A DNA stretch of 45,034 bases from an uncultured Flavobacteriaceae bacterium. GTDB taxonomy: Bacteria; Bacteroidota; Bacteroidia; Flavobacteriales; Flavobacteriaceae. Below, one piece after another: positions 35,295 to 45,034 of the stretch. Both the position numbers and the translations under genes were made by a program. The notes under the pieces were generated by a model that did not search any database, was not told the origin of the DNA, and worked only from the letters and a program-made list of their open reading frames with translations. Within the stretch, counting starts at the first letter, position 1, and each line of letters starts with the position of its first letter. The stretch covers positions 6,955 through 51,988 of the forward strand of contig CAYYSK010000001.1 of NCBI GenBank assembly GCA_964474345.1, in the 5' to 3' direction.

Positions 35295-37679
35295 GTGGGA
35301 AAAAATGAGCCAAAATTAGACCTTCTCATTCCAAAGGCATTAATAATATTGTATCTGATTATAGGCCTTGTGCCTAGGTTTAAATCTGTGGATCCTATTG
35401 GTTCTCAATGGGTTTATTTTTCAGTAGTTAATTTATTAGGGCTTTTTTATGTCTATGCCAATCAAGCAGAAATTGCTTTTTTTAATAAACAACGGCATAT
35501 ATCCATATTCTTTGGTAGTTACATTTTTTTCTTTATTCTGGGTATTTTGTCTCTATTTGGGGCATTGAATCTTTCCGAAGGCATAAAAGATTTAGCTAGA
35601 ATTGCTATTTGCTTGGTAGCCGTTATGAATTTATTTTTGATTTTTAAAATAGCCCCAAAACAACTGTTTGAGTTTGTTGTGAAGGTGAGTCATATAACAG
35701 TTATACTTATTGCTATTCAAGTAATATGGGTGTTATTGGAGGCTAATGTTTCAAGAAATGCGACATTGTTAAGGAAAACAGCGCTGTCAACATATGGTAC
35801 TCAAAATGCTACAGCAGCTACATTATCTATTCAAATTCCTTTTATACTATGGGGACTTATAAAACATACTCGTAAATGGAAGGTAATAAGTATAGTTAGT
35901 TTATTACTTGGAAGCTCTGCATTATTACTTATTTCTGCTAGAACAGCTATACTAAGTTCTATTTTTTATGTAGTTCTATTTTTAGGATATTTTATTATAG
36001 ATGGCCTTCGTAAGAAAACATTGATGAGTTCTTTTAAAACAGTCTTACTTCCTTTTATTGGAATTGTAGTATTGTCATATCTATTTGCAACAAACATTAA
36101 CCGAATTGAAGCAACAAGAGCAAATACTTTTAAAGAATTATTATTTGCACCAGCATTAAAATCTAATGACAAGGCAGTAAAAAGTAATAAAGGAGAAAGA
36201 GGGTTTGTGACGTATGATAGTGGGCGTATTATATACTATGAGATGGCCTTTGATGATTTTAAAGAAAATCCATTGTTAGGGGTAGGATTAGGAAATTGGA
36301 AATTAGCAAATAAGGATAAGTATTTTGCAACAACAAAAAGAGATAAATTTATTTATCCATTACGTGTACATAACGACTTTTTACAAATGTTAGCAGAGGT
36401 AGGAGTTATAGGTTTTATAGCTTACCTATGCATGTTTGTGGTATTGATTTTTTGTATATTAAAATTGTTTTTTACAAACCAAAATACTGATGATAGATGG
36501 ATGTATGCTATTATTATATTTGTTCTTTTAGGATATGGCTTTGATGCTTTAATTAATTTCCCTTTAGAGAGGACACCTATTCAAGGTCACTTTGTAATAT
36601 TAGCATCTCTTATACTGGCATTATTTCATAATATTTACGAAAAAAAGGAAGAAAAGAAGATTGTCATAAGTATGCCAATATTAGGATTTCTTGCAATTCT
36701 AACATTAGGTACTTCTGTGATATCATATATGAAGTATACATCTTATGTAACGCAAAATTATGTACTTGCCGATACAACAGACAAAAATTTAATGACAGAT
36801 TCATATGTGCTCTCATATGATAAGATAGTTAAGGATCTTTCAGGTTTTTTTAATATAGCAGGAGTTGGTAGACCTAATGAACATGTAAAAGGAATGTATG
36901 CTATGAGCGAGGGACGTTTAGATAAAGCACTAGTACATTTGGATAAAGCAATAGCGCAAGCACCTAATCATTATGAGTCAAGGATGCTTAAAGGAATTAT
37001 TTACGGACAACGTAAGATGAATAATGACAGCGCTATTTTTTATGCAAAACAAGGTTTTGAAAAATACCCAGCTATAAAAAATAACTATGTTATTTTACTT
37101 AATGCTTATAGAGCAAAAGGAGATACTATCAATTATTTTAAAACAATAGACAAACGGTTAAAATACGACCCTGAAGATATTAGTCAATGGCAACTCAAAA
37201 GTCAACGTGTTTTAGAGTTTTATAAGGATACAGATAGAGCAATAGCTGTTATAGATGAAGCTCTAGAAAAAAATCCAGGGAATGTTGATTTAATTAAACG
37301 CAGAGAAAAGTACACAGTTAAAAATAGTGCTACAGATATTAAAGATTGGTATTCAAAAGCATTTGAGTATATTAAAGAAAAAAAGTATAAAGAAGCTAAA
37401 GTCGAATTTCTTAAAATTCTTAAAGTGACACCCTCTAATAATCCTACGTTATTAAATCTAGGGATTATTGAAATAAAGATGAAACAATATAAAGAGACAG
37501 TGCAGCATCTTACTAAGGTTATAGATTCAAAACAATATAAAGATGGTCGGGCAGAGTATAATAGGGGACTTGCTTATGAAAGGTTAGGTCAAAAAGATAA
37601 AGCGGCTCAAGATTATAAGAAAAGTAAAAAATTAGGATATAAATTAGCTTTAAAGCTAGACGAAAGCAAATTAAAATAA
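35295..37679 (+). CDS. O-antigen ligase (Wzy_C) family protein with C-terminal TPR repeats
   Basis: About 12 TM segments, ISARTA, PLLGVGLGNW, VHNDFLQMLAEVGVIG; TPRs such as AEYNRGLAYERLGQKDKAAQDY. Confidence 0.92.
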   Translation: MGKNEPKLDLLIPKALIILYLIIGLVPRFKSVDPIGSQWVYFSVVNLLGLFYVYANQAEIAFFNKQRHISIFFGSYIFFFILGILSLFGALNLSEGIKDLARIAICLVAVMNLFLIFKIAPKQLFEFVVKVSHITVILIAIQVIWVLLEANVSRNATLLRKTALSTYGTQNATAATLSIQIPFILWGLIKHTRKWKVISIVSLLLGSSALLLISARTAILSSIFYVVLFLGYFIIDGLRKKTLMSSFKTVLLPFIGIVVLSYLFATNINRIEATRANTFKELLFAPALKSNDKAVKSNKGERGFVTYDSGRIIYYEMAFDDFKENPLLGVGLGNWKLANKDKYFATTKRDKFIYPLRVHNDFLQMLAEVGVIGFIAYLCMFVVLIFCILKLFFTNQNTDDRWMYAIIIFVLLGYGFDALINFPLERTPIQGHFVILASLILALFHNIYEKKEEKKIVISMPILGFLAILTLGTSVISYMKYTSYVTQNYVLADTTDKNLMTDSYVLSYDKIVKDLSGFFNIAGVGRPNEHVKGMYAMSEGRLDKALVHLDKAIAQAPNHYESRMLKGIIYGQRKMNNDSAIFYAKQGFEKYPAIKNNYVILLNAYRAKGDTINYFKTIDKRLKYDPEDISQWQLKSQRVLEFYKDTDRAIAVIDEALEKNPGNVDLIKRREKYTVKNSATDIKDWYSKAFEYIKEKKYKEAKVEFLKILKVTPSNNPTLLNLGIIEIKMKQYKETVQHLTKVIDSKQYKDGRAEYNRGLAYERLGQKDKAAQDYKKSKKLGYKLALKLDESKLK

Positions 37680-38212
37680 TGCAAAAAATTTTAGGAATAG
37701 GATCTCGTATAGACCACCATACTTATGGAGTAGGAGTCGTCACAAATGTAACCGCAGAATTGTATTGGGTTACTTTTATAAAAAATGGACTAGAAACCAT
37801 TACAGTAGATGATACATTTGAAGTTATTGAAGCAGTAGAAGGTGAGGTAGATACTGTTAGTTTTTATGAAGTAGAAAAAAGCCTTAGAGATATCCTTAAA
37901 CAGTATAGCGATATTTCAGAAATAGTTCCTATAGCAGATAAATGGAAGGGAGGAACGATAACATTAAATCCTAAAGATAAAAATCTTAGCTCTAAAGATA
38001 TTCCAATTGACACTTTTTTTCATAAAATCGTTATGATACGTGATCGTATACGAGTGATGGAACAAAAAATAAATTCAAGTAAAACACTAGATGATCAGGA
38101 TAAAATAGATTTGCAGCAATACCTCACCAGAATATATGGAAGTTTAACCACGTTTAATGTTTTATTTAAAAATTCAGGTCAAAACTTTAAAGGAGAGAGC
38201 TCTAAGAAATAG
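37679..38212 (+). CDS. Conserved hypothetical protein
   Basis: 177-aa ORF with TAATG overlap; FFHKIVMIRDRIRVMEQKIN and YLTRIYGSLTTFNVLF look like a conserved Bacteroidota family. Confidence 0.8.
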   Translation: MQKILGIGSRIDHHTYGVGVVTNVTAELYWVTFIKNGLETITVDDTFEVIEAVEGEVDTVSFYEVEKSLRDILKQYSDISEIVPIADKWKGGTITLNPKDKNLSSKDIPIDTFFHKIVMIRDRIRVMEQKINSSKTLDDQDKIDLQQYLTRIYGSLTTFNVLFKNSGQNFKGESSKK

Positions 38213-38238
38213 ATGTCATTTTTATACGTTGTTATGCT

Positions 38239-39075
38239 ATGCTTATAGTTCAAGAATATGTTGAAGAATATGATTGGTTAATACCATATATAATGGTAGC
38301 CCTAGGAATTTGGGTGTTCTATATATTCTTTAGAATGTATGAGAATTGGTATGCAAATAAGTATGACCGTTTGATATTTAGAGATATATGGGTGTATAAA
38401 AAGCTTTCGCGAAAGCAAAAAGAGATACTTTCTACAGAATTACATTTTTACCAGTTGTTAACTTCTAAAGAAAAACGTCGTTTTGAGCATAGAGTAGCTA
38501 GTTTTATAGAGGATAAACAATTTGTAGGTAGAGACGATTTGATTGTTACGGATCGTATGAGAGTCCTTATTGCTTCTGTAGGGTGTATGTTGACTTTTGG
38601 AAGAAAACATTATATTTATAAACTTGTAGATTTTATACTAGTTTACCCTGAAGCATTCTATAGTAAATCAAATGGAGATTACCATAAAGGTGAATTTAAC
38701 CCTAGAGAAAAAGTATTAGTGCTTTCTTGGAAAGATTTTGAAATAGGGTACCGTATTACAGATGATAACCTTAATCTTGGAATTCATGAGTTTATGCATG
38801 CACTGCAATTAGAAGCAAAACAGAGTGATGATATAGATGCGTTACGTTTTGAACGGCAGTTTCAAAAAATACTTCGTAGACTTACAGATCAAGATTTAAA
38901 AGACAAACTAGACGAGGTGCGTTATTTTAGAGCATATGCATTTACAAATCAATTTGAATTTATGGCAGTTCTTGCAGAGTATTTTATGGAATCCCCTGAA
39001 GAATTTAAAACTAATTTTCCTCAATTATACGCATATCAAAAATGCTTACTTAATTTTAGTTTTGCAAACTATTAA
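38239..39075 (+). CDS. Zinc-dependent peptidase, M90/MtfA family
   Basis: N-terminal TM segment, NLNLGIHEFMHAL (HExxH), YAFTNQFEFMAVLAEYFMESP. Confidence 0.9.
   Translation: MLIVQEYVEEYDWLIPYIMVALGIWVFYIFFRMYENWYANKYDRLIFRDIWVYKKLSRKQKEILSTELHFYQLLTSKEKRRFEHRVASFIEDKQFVGRDDLIVTDRMRVLIASVGCMLTFGRKHYIYKLVDFILVYPEAFYSKSNGDYHKGEFNPREKVLVLSWKDFEIGYRITDDNLNLGIHEFMHALQLEAKQSDDIDALRFERQFQKILRRLTDQDLKDKLDEVRYFRAYAFTNQFEFMAVLAEYFMESPEEFKTNFPQLYAYQKCLLNFSFANY
38403..38416. repeat. GCTTTCGCGAAAGC palindrome, copy 5 (in CDS, encodes KLSRKQ)
   Basis: Exact match. Confidence 0.9.
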
Positions 39076-39117
39076 TAGATTGCAATTTATCTTAAATAAT
39101 TATTAGATAATAAAAAT

Positions 39118-39822
39118 ATGGAATACTCAGAATACCCTCAAATAATGACTGTTAGCAATCTAACAGATGAACGTCGTGCTACTTTTTATAGAAAGACATA
39201 TACTCATGTTGCACTGGCGGTATTACTTTTTATAATTACAGAAATTTTGTTTTTTCAATCACCAGTAATTGTAAATTTTGCAGCTTCTTTAATAGGAGGA
39301 TGGAGTTGGTTGATACTTTTAGGTGTATTTATGTTTGTGACAAATTATGCAGAAAATTTGGCTTTAAAGTCAGAGGATAAGAATACACATTATCTGGCAT
39401 TAGGAATATATGTAGTTGCAGAAGCTTTTATTTTTATCCCTATGTTATTATTTGCATTACAAGCTATTGATGGTGTTCAAATGTTACAACAAGCAGCGAT
39501 TATGACAATTGCATTATTTGCAGGATTATCTACTGTTGTATTTGTGACAAAAAAAGATTTTTCCTTTTTGAAATCAATATTAGCTATAAGTTTTTTTATA
39601 GCATTAGGACTTATTATAGCAGGTACAATATTTGGTTTTGATTTGGGACTTTGGTTTAGTGTAGGAATGATTGTCCTTGCTGCAGGATCTATACTTTATA
39701 CAACATCAAATATGGTACATAAGTATCATGAAGAACAATATGTAGCCGCTGCATTAGGATTATTTGCTTCATTGATGTTATTGTTCTGGTATATATTAAG
39801 AATATTTATGTCTAGAGATTAA
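39118..39822 (+). CDS. Bax inhibitor-1/YccA family membrane protein
   Basis: RATFYRKTYTHV, TKKDFSFL, seven TM segments, YVAAALGLFASLMLLFWYILRI. Confidence 0.92.
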   Translation: MEYSEYPQIMTVSNLTDERRATFYRKTYTHVALAVLLFIITEILFFQSPVIVNFAASLIGGWSWLILLGVFMFVTNYAENLALKSEDKNTHYLALGIYVVAEAFIFIPMLLFALQAIDGVQMLQQAAIMTIALFAGLSTVVFVTKKDFSFLKSILAISFFIALGLIIAGTIFGFDLGLWFSVGMIVLAAGSILYTTSNMVHKYHEEQYVAAALGLFASLMLLFWYILRIFMSRD

Positions 39823-39868
39823 AAAGAGATACTATTTTATATATCTCGTATAAAACAGAAAGAATCAA

Positions 39869-40528
39869 TTAATTTACAAGCGCTTTAAGGTTTTTTATTG
39901 TAATAATTGGGTCATCGGCCTTAAAAACATAACTTCCCGCTACGAGAACATCAGCGCCAGCTTCTACTAGTTGTTTTGCATTTTTATTGGTTACCCCACC
40001 ATCTATCTCAATAAGTGTAGATGCATTTTTACGAGTAATAATTTCTTTTAAAATACGAACCTTTGTATAAGTATTTTCTATAAAACTCTGTCCACCAAAG
40101 CCGGGATTTACACTCATAATACAAACCATATCTAGGTCTTGAATGACATTCTCTAATAATTGAACATTTGTATGTGGATTTAAAGCGATACCAGCTTTCA
40201 TTCCAGCAGCTTTAATAGCTTGTATAGTACGATGTACATGAGTACATGCTTCATAATGTACTGTAAGAATATTACTACCTAAGTCTGCAAATGTTTGTAT
40301 ATATCTGTCAGGATCTACAATCATAAGATGTACATCTATTGTCTTTGTAGCATGTTTTACAATATCTCGTAATACTGGCATTCCAAATGAAATATTAGGT
40401 ACAAAAACACCATCCATAATATCTATATGAAACCAATCAGCTTGACTCATATTGATCATTTCTACATCGCGTTGTAAGTTAGCAAAGTCTGCTGCAAGTA
40501 CAGATGGGGCAATTAATTTTTCTGACAT
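39869..40528 (-). CDS. rpe: Ribulose-phosphate 3-epimerase
   Basis: IAPSVLAADF, HIDIMDGVFVPNISFG, MSVNPGFGGQ, IEIDGGV. Confidence 0.99.
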   Translation of the reverse strand: MSEKLIAPSVLAADFANLQRDVEMINMSQADWFHIDIMDGVFVPNISFGMPVLRDIVKHATKTIDVHLMIVDPDRYIQTFADLGSNILTVHYEACTHVHRTIQAIKAAGMKAGIALNPHTNVQLLENVIQDLDMVCIMSVNPGFGGQSFIENTYTKVRILKEIITRKNASTLIEIDGGVTNKNAKQLVEAGADVLVAGSYVFKADDPIITIKNLKALVN

Positions 40529-40550
40529 TAAAATAAGTTTATATGTTTTG

Positions 40551-40558
40551 CAAAACTA
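40551..40558 (-). promoter_or_regulatory. Possible Bacteroidota -7 promoter element for rpe
   Basis: Minus-strand TAGTTTTG fits TAnnTTTG, about 22 nt upstream of the start; no clear -33 element. Confidence 0.45.
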
Positions 40559-40575
40559 CATCTTTTTTCAGAATT

Positions 40576-40986
40576 CTACTTTGAGCTTAAAAAGGAATTA
40601 ACTGTAGTAGAAAGCATTTTCATTTCAGAAGAATCTAAGTATTTAAGCAGATTAAGATAAGCTTTTAAATTCCTAATCTGATTCCTTTCTATTATAGACG
40701 TAAAACCTGCGTTATATCCAGTGAAGTACTGATTATTGATTTCTTTTTCAAAAATAGTAATGATATTTTTATGTCTAGTATCTTTTTTAATTTTAGTATA
40801 GTAAAGGTTTTTGATTTCTTCTTTAGTTCCTTCAAAATACTGTAAAAAATTTCCTGAATTGTGTAGTAGAACACCGCTTATACCTTGTTTTATATTTTTA
40901 GAAGTACAAAAATCAAATAATTGTTTGAGTTCATTTGTATTCATGGATTCATTAGAGGTACTTACATAGCATATACCATAGAACAT
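40576..40986 (-). CDS. BLUF-domain (blue-light, FAD) protein
   Basis: Start moved to ATG 40986 because the longer ORF runs through the rpoD terminator. ICYVS, KN...ISGVLL, FLQYFEG, DTRH. Confidence 0.9.
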   Translation of the reverse strand: MFYGICYVSTSNESMNTNELKQLFDFCTSKNIKQGISGVLLHNSGNFLQYFEGTKEEIKNLYYTKIKKDTRHKNIITIFEKEINNQYFTGYNAGFTSIIERNQIRNLKAYLNLLKYLDSSEMKMLSTTVNSFLSSK

Positions 40987-41023
40987 AGATAATGGGGGAT
41001 TATTTAATTTATATACAAGGTAC

Positions 41024-41054
41024 AAAAAAAATCCTCGGTAATCAGCCGAGGATT
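41024..41054 (-). terminator. Intrinsic terminator of rpoD
   Basis: Minus strand AATCCTCGG-CTGATTA-CCGAGGATT followed by a T-run. Confidence 0.85.
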
Positions 41055-41113
41055 CATTCATCAATCAAAAAACGAACAGTTATGATAAACTGTTGTTACC
41101 GTTATTTAGGATG

Positions 41114-41977
41114 TTATCCTAAATAAGTTTTTAATATTTTACTACGAGACGTATGTTTAAGTCTGCGTATAGCTTTTTCTTTAATTTGACGTACACGCTC
41201 ACGAGTAAGGTCAAAAGTTTCTCCTATTTCTTCAAGAGTCATAGGATGTTGATCTCCTAATCCAAAATATAATCGAATCACATCTGCCTCACGAGGCGTT
41301 AATGTTTCTAATGCACGCTCAATTTCAGTACGTAATGATTCATGTAATAATTCGCGATCAGGATTTGGCGACTCACCAGAACGCAATACATCGTATAAGT
41401 TAGAATCTTCTCCTTCTACAAGTGGAGCATCCATACTTACGTGACGCCCTGAGTTCTTCATAGACTCTTTTACGTCGTTGATTGTCATATCAAGTTCTTT
41501 TGCAATTTCTTCTGCACTTGGCGGACGCTCATGTGCTTGCTCAAGAAATGCATAGGTCTTGTTAATTTTATTAATAGAACCAATCTTATTAAGTGGTAAA
41601 CGTACTATACGAGATTGCTCTGCTAGTGCTTGAAGGATAGATTGACGAATCCACCATACAGCATATGATATAAATTTAAATCCACGAGTTTCATCAAAAC
41701 GCTGGGCAGCTTTAATTAATCCAAGATTTCCTTCATTAATTAAATCAGGCAATGTTAATCCTTGATTCTGATATTGTTTTGCCACAGATACCACAAAACG
41801 CAAGTTTGCTTTTGTTAACTTCTCTAAAGCACGTTGATCACCAGCTTTAATACGCTGTGCTAATTCTACTTCTTCATCAGCAGTAATCAAATCTACTTTT
41901 CCAATTTCTTGTAGGTATTTATCCAGGGAAGCAGTCTCACGATTAGTTACCTGCTTGGTAATTTTGAGTTGTCTCAT
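41114..41977 (-). CDS. rpoD: Primary sigma-70 factor, Bacteroidota type lacking region 1.1
   Basis: 287 aa, [65 protein letters not shown]. Confidence 0.96.
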   Translation of the reverse strand: MRQLKITKQVTNRETASLDKYLQEIGKVDLITADEEVELAQRIKAGDQRALEKLTKANLRFVVSVAKQYQNQGLTLPDLINEGNLGLIKAAQRFDETRGFKFISYAVWWIRQSILQALAEQSRIVRLPLNKIGSINKINKTYAFLEQAHERPPSAEEIAKELDMTINDVKESMKNSGRHVSMDAPLVEGEDSNLYDVLRSGESPNPDRELLHESLRTEIERALETLTPREADVIRLYFGLGDQHPMTLEEIGETFDLTRERVRQIKEKAIRRLKHTSRSKILKTYLG

Positions 41978-42061
41978 GTAAAATTCAACTTTGTGTTTGA
42001 GTGTGTTGTACCTGTTATACGTATTAAAGTCGCAAAATGTTACAAAAACTTTATTTTTATT

Positions 42062-44779
42062 TTAATTTTTTTTTAATTCTATCAAAAGCAAGTTAACATT
42101 TAATAACGCTTTAGTGTATAAAGATTGGAATTGTTTCCAATGATTCTTGGCTATTTCTAATTTTTCAGGTTTATCAATATTGCTTTCGATTTGTTGTAAG
42201 TGATATCCATGATTTGTCATCCCAAGATTCATAAAACTTGATTTCATTTTATGTGCTAATTTACCAGCTCTTAAAAAAAACCCACGCTTCATACTCGATT
42301 GTAAACTATTGTAATCATCTGGCGTTTCTTTAATAAATATTTCCAGAAGTGAAATGATAAAACTTTCGTCTCCATCAAAATCTTCTTTTAATTGCTTAAG
42401 ATTTACATTATCGCTTAACGATGAATCTTGAGTTGATTTGTGATTTTCCTTAATAGATTCAGAATTGTCAGAAATAAGCCAAAATAAAACTTCTTTCAAT
42501 GCATCTTCACTCAATGGTTTTGTGAGATAAAAATCGATTCCTGCTCTTATAGCATTTTTCCTCGTTTCGGGAAATACATCAGCAGAACACATTACGATTG
42601 GTACTTTGTGAAGGGAATCTTTATAAGAATTTCTAATTTCTATTATTGCATCAGAACCATTCATGATAGGCATATGCATATCCATTAATATAAGATCATA
42701 ATATCTTTTTTCACTTATATTATACATATCAACTGCTTCTTTTCCATTTTCGGCAATGTCTACTTTAATACCTAATCGATTTAAAAGTTGTTGGATATAA
42801 AATTGATTCATTTTGTTGTCTTCTGCAATTAGAACTCTCAAACCTTCTAATTGACTATCATCGTTCTCTACAATAGTAGTTTTTTTGTCAGAGTACTGTA
42901 ATGAACTTTTTTCAAATGGTAAACAGAAGTAAAAAGTTGAACCTTTTCCTGGTGTACTTTTTGCTTGCAAAACCCCATTCTGTAACTCTATAAGTTGCTT
43001 TGTAATAGCAAGACCAAGACCAGTACCATTAATTTTTGATTTTTCAGAACCTTCTACTTGATAAAAGCTATCAAATATTTTTGATAATTTCTCTTCAGAA
43101 ATACCTATACCAGTATCTTTTACTTCAATATAAAGATGATTTTTTCCTGTTTCAATACTCTTTAACTCAACGATAACCTCTATGGAACCGCTTTCTGTAA
43201 ATTTGAGAGCATTTCCTATAAGATTCGTCATTATTTGATTAAGTCGATATTGATCCCCAACAATAATATCAGGGATATTGTTATTTATTTTTGTAGTGAG
43301 TTCAACACCTTTTTCTCTTGCTTTAATTGCAAACCCTTCTATGAGAGTATTAAGTATTTTTTTAATATTGAAATCATATGCCTGAACAGTAAGTTTTCCA
43401 GCTTCTATCTTAGAGAAATCAAGAATGTCATTTACAATAGAAAGTAAGTTTTTAGCTGAAAAATCAATACCTTCAATATTTTTTCTAAAAAGTTCTTTAT
43501 TGTCATTATCTCCTTTCTTAATAATGTCTGTGAGCCCTAAAATTACATTTAAAGGAGTACGTATTTCATGACTCATATTAGATAAAAAAGTTGATTTTAC
43601 TTGAGCTGTTCTTTCTGCATTTTCCTTTTCAGTATTTATTGTTGTTAAGACTTTTTTACTTTGAGTTACATTTTTCAGAAATAAACTATAGGTTGAAGGG
43701 GTATTGGTGTAATTATTTGTGATTGTAATTTCAAAATGTCTAATTCCCCCTCTTTTATCTTTTAATTCAAGTTCTTGCCTATGTCCAATAATAGTTTTTC
43801 TTTCAGTATGATCAATATCTTTTATTTCTTTTTTAAGCTTTGTGACAAAATTTAAAGGTAATATATCAAAAAGGCTGTGTTGAGATATAATATTGATATC
43901 AAGTTCAAAATACTTTAGAGCATTGCTATTGGCTTTTAATATTGTGCCATTTTCTGCAAATAAAATGAATTTGTCAAGTATGTTTTCAAGTATTGTAGAA
44001 TGCGTAATACTATCCTTTTGAGTATTTGATATCTGTTCTTCCTTAACTATTGTCTTAGAAGAATTAATAGTATTTATTTCTAAATCCTTATTAATAATAT
44101 TTTGTCTGGAGGTGCTTTTTAACTTATCACAAGGAAGGTAATAATCTAACTCTTTTGTGCATTTTAAATTTTCGAAATATGCTTTGAAAATTTTATACTC
44201 TTTTTGAATATCTATTTGTACTTCAGCTTCAATATTCTTTTCTGAAAGATATGTTATATATTTTATTATTTTGCCTCGAGAGGAAATGAAGCTTAAGGAT
44301 GTTTTTTTTAAAATGTCTAGTTTTTCAAGAAATGAATACTCGGGCGATTCTACATATAAATTAGGATTTTGAGATTTTATTATTTCATATAATTTACAAC
44401 TTAATAAACTGGCTAGTTTTAGCTCTTGAATGTTTTCTTTTTCAAATAGAATAGTAAAAGGCTGGCTGGCGGCTATAACGGGATATAAATCTTGGAGTTC
44501 TTTCCTTATATTTTCTTTTGATTGTATAAAACTACCATCTACAATAATAAGATAATACTCTATATCTAAATAAAGTTTAAGTAATTGGTATTGAGATGTA
44601 ATTTCCTTATTATCAAAAGAGAAAGAATCACAACAAAGGACTAATTCTTTAAGTTTATTAGAATCTCTTCCTTTGTTATAAAAATATTTTAGAAATGACA
44701 AATATTGAGTTTTTATATCTGTAATTTCTTCATCTTGTATCTCATTTTTTGAAAATAAGCGTTTGATTAGGGGCTTCAT
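42062..44779 (-). CDS. Soluble hybrid sensor histidine kinase (PAS-like, HisKA, HATPase, REC, Hpt)
   Basis: FLSNMSHEIRTPLN, NLIGNALKFT, DTGIGI, GTGLGL, LIAEDN...ILMDMHMP...LTKP, Hpt AHKMKSS. No obvious TM segment. Confidence 0.93.
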   Translation of the reverse strand: MKPLIKRLFSKNEIQDEEITDIKTQYLSFLKYFYNKGRDSNKLKELVLCCDSFSFDNKEITSQYQLLKLYLDIEYYLIIVDGSFIQSKENIRKELQDLYPVIAASQPFTILFEKENIQELKLASLLSCKLYEIIKSQNPNLYVESPEYSFLEKLDILKKTSLSFISSRGKIIKYITYLSEKNIEAEVQIDIQKEYKIFKAYFENLKCTKELDYYLPCDKLKSTSRQNIINKDLEINTINSSKTIVKEEQISNTQKDSITHSTILENILDKFILFAENGTILKANSNALKYFELDINIISQHSLFDILPLNFVTKLKKEIKDIDHTERKTIIGHRQELELKDKRGGIRHFEITITNNYTNTPSTYSLFLKNVTQSKKVLTTINTEKENAERTAQVKSTFLSNMSHEIRTPLNVILGLTDIIKKGDNDNKELFRKNIEGIDFSAKNLLSIVNDILDFSKIEAGKLTVQAYDFNIKKILNTLIEGFAIKAREKGVELTTKINNNIPDIIVGDQYRLNQIMTNLIGNALKFTESGSIEVIVELKSIETGKNHLYIEVKDTGIGISEEKLSKIFDSFYQVEGSEKSKINGTGLGLAITKQLIELQNGVLQAKSTPGKGSTFYFCLPFEKSSLQYSDKKTTIVENDDSQLEGLRVLIAEDNKMNQFYIQQLLNRLGIKVDIAENGKEAVDMYNISEKRYYDLILMDMHMPIMNGSDAIIEIRNSYKDSLHKVPIVMCSADVFPETRKNAIRAGIDFYLTKPLSEDALKEVLFWLISDNSESIKENHKSTQDSSLSDNVNLKQLKEDFDGDESFIISLLEIFIKETPDDYNSLQSSMKRGFFLRAGKLAHKMKSSFMNLGMTNHGYHLQQIESNIDKPEKLEIAKNHWKQFQSLYTKALLNVNLLLIELKKN

Positions 44780-44955
44780 AGCTTTTTTCGGATTATATTA
44801 TGGGATGTAAAATAATAATTTTAAATAGGCAGCTTTTTTTAAATTAAAAAAAATATAATCTAATCGATGAAATAACAATTAAAACGACAAAATACACAAT
44901 TTTTATGAATTAAAATAAATCGAGTGTTAAAATTTTAAATTAAAATTAAAATTTA

Positions 44956-45034
44956 ACCCAAATTATGCATTAGAACTTCGTGATGAAGGTTGGATGTGCC
45001 ATAAAATATAGCATTTTATGAGTTTTAGCATAGC
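44956..45034. mobile_element. Second MITE copy in inverted orientation, truncated by the window end
   Basis: 79 nt matching the reverse complement of 35045-35123 with 3 mismatches. Confidence 0.85.

Noticed and set aside
1-45034. CRISPR array
   Set aside because: I saw no regularly spaced direct repeats with unique spacers and no cas genes; the palindrome copies are kilobases apart.

Overview
AT-rich Flavobacteriaceae (Bacteroidota) chromosomal window. It opens with the end of the dcw cluster (ftsA, ftsZ), a GatB/YqeY gene and tRNA-Arg(UCG). About 25 kb of accessory-looking DNA with no integrase follows, in four parts. (i) A tight five-gene operon: a DUF2589-type protein with a pore-toxin-like amphipathic beta-hairpin, a probable divergent partner, a helical protein, a signal-peptide-less S8 subtilase and a small I9-propeptide-like protein. 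(ii) Two giant uncharacterised proteins (1211 and 1955 aa) plus a tail fibre with an S74 chaperone, with no sheath, tube, capsid or baseplate genes in the window. (iii) A metal-uptake locus (MerC-like, ABC ATPase, TonB-dependent receptor, two ABC-2/DUF3526 permeases) with two CxxC...(R/K)xPP leader-peptide-like ORFs. (iv) A frameshifted MazG_C remnant absent from the ORF track. The right part holds a GH113 protein, an Ntox23-like/LRR-lipoprotein pair, an ECF sigma/anti-sigma pair, an O-antigen ligase-TPR protein, an M90 peptidase, a BI-1/YccA protein, rpe, a BLUF protein, rpoD and a soluble hybrid kinase. DNA-level signals include a 14-bp palindrome GCTTTCGCGAAAGC (five exact copies plus one variant, in three reading frames and intergenically) and a 190-bp IS982-like MITE with related ends elsewhere. 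Family calls come from motif recognition by eye; no searches were run. The best candidates for an undescribed system are the DUF2589/protease operon and the adjacent giant-protein/tail-fibre operon.
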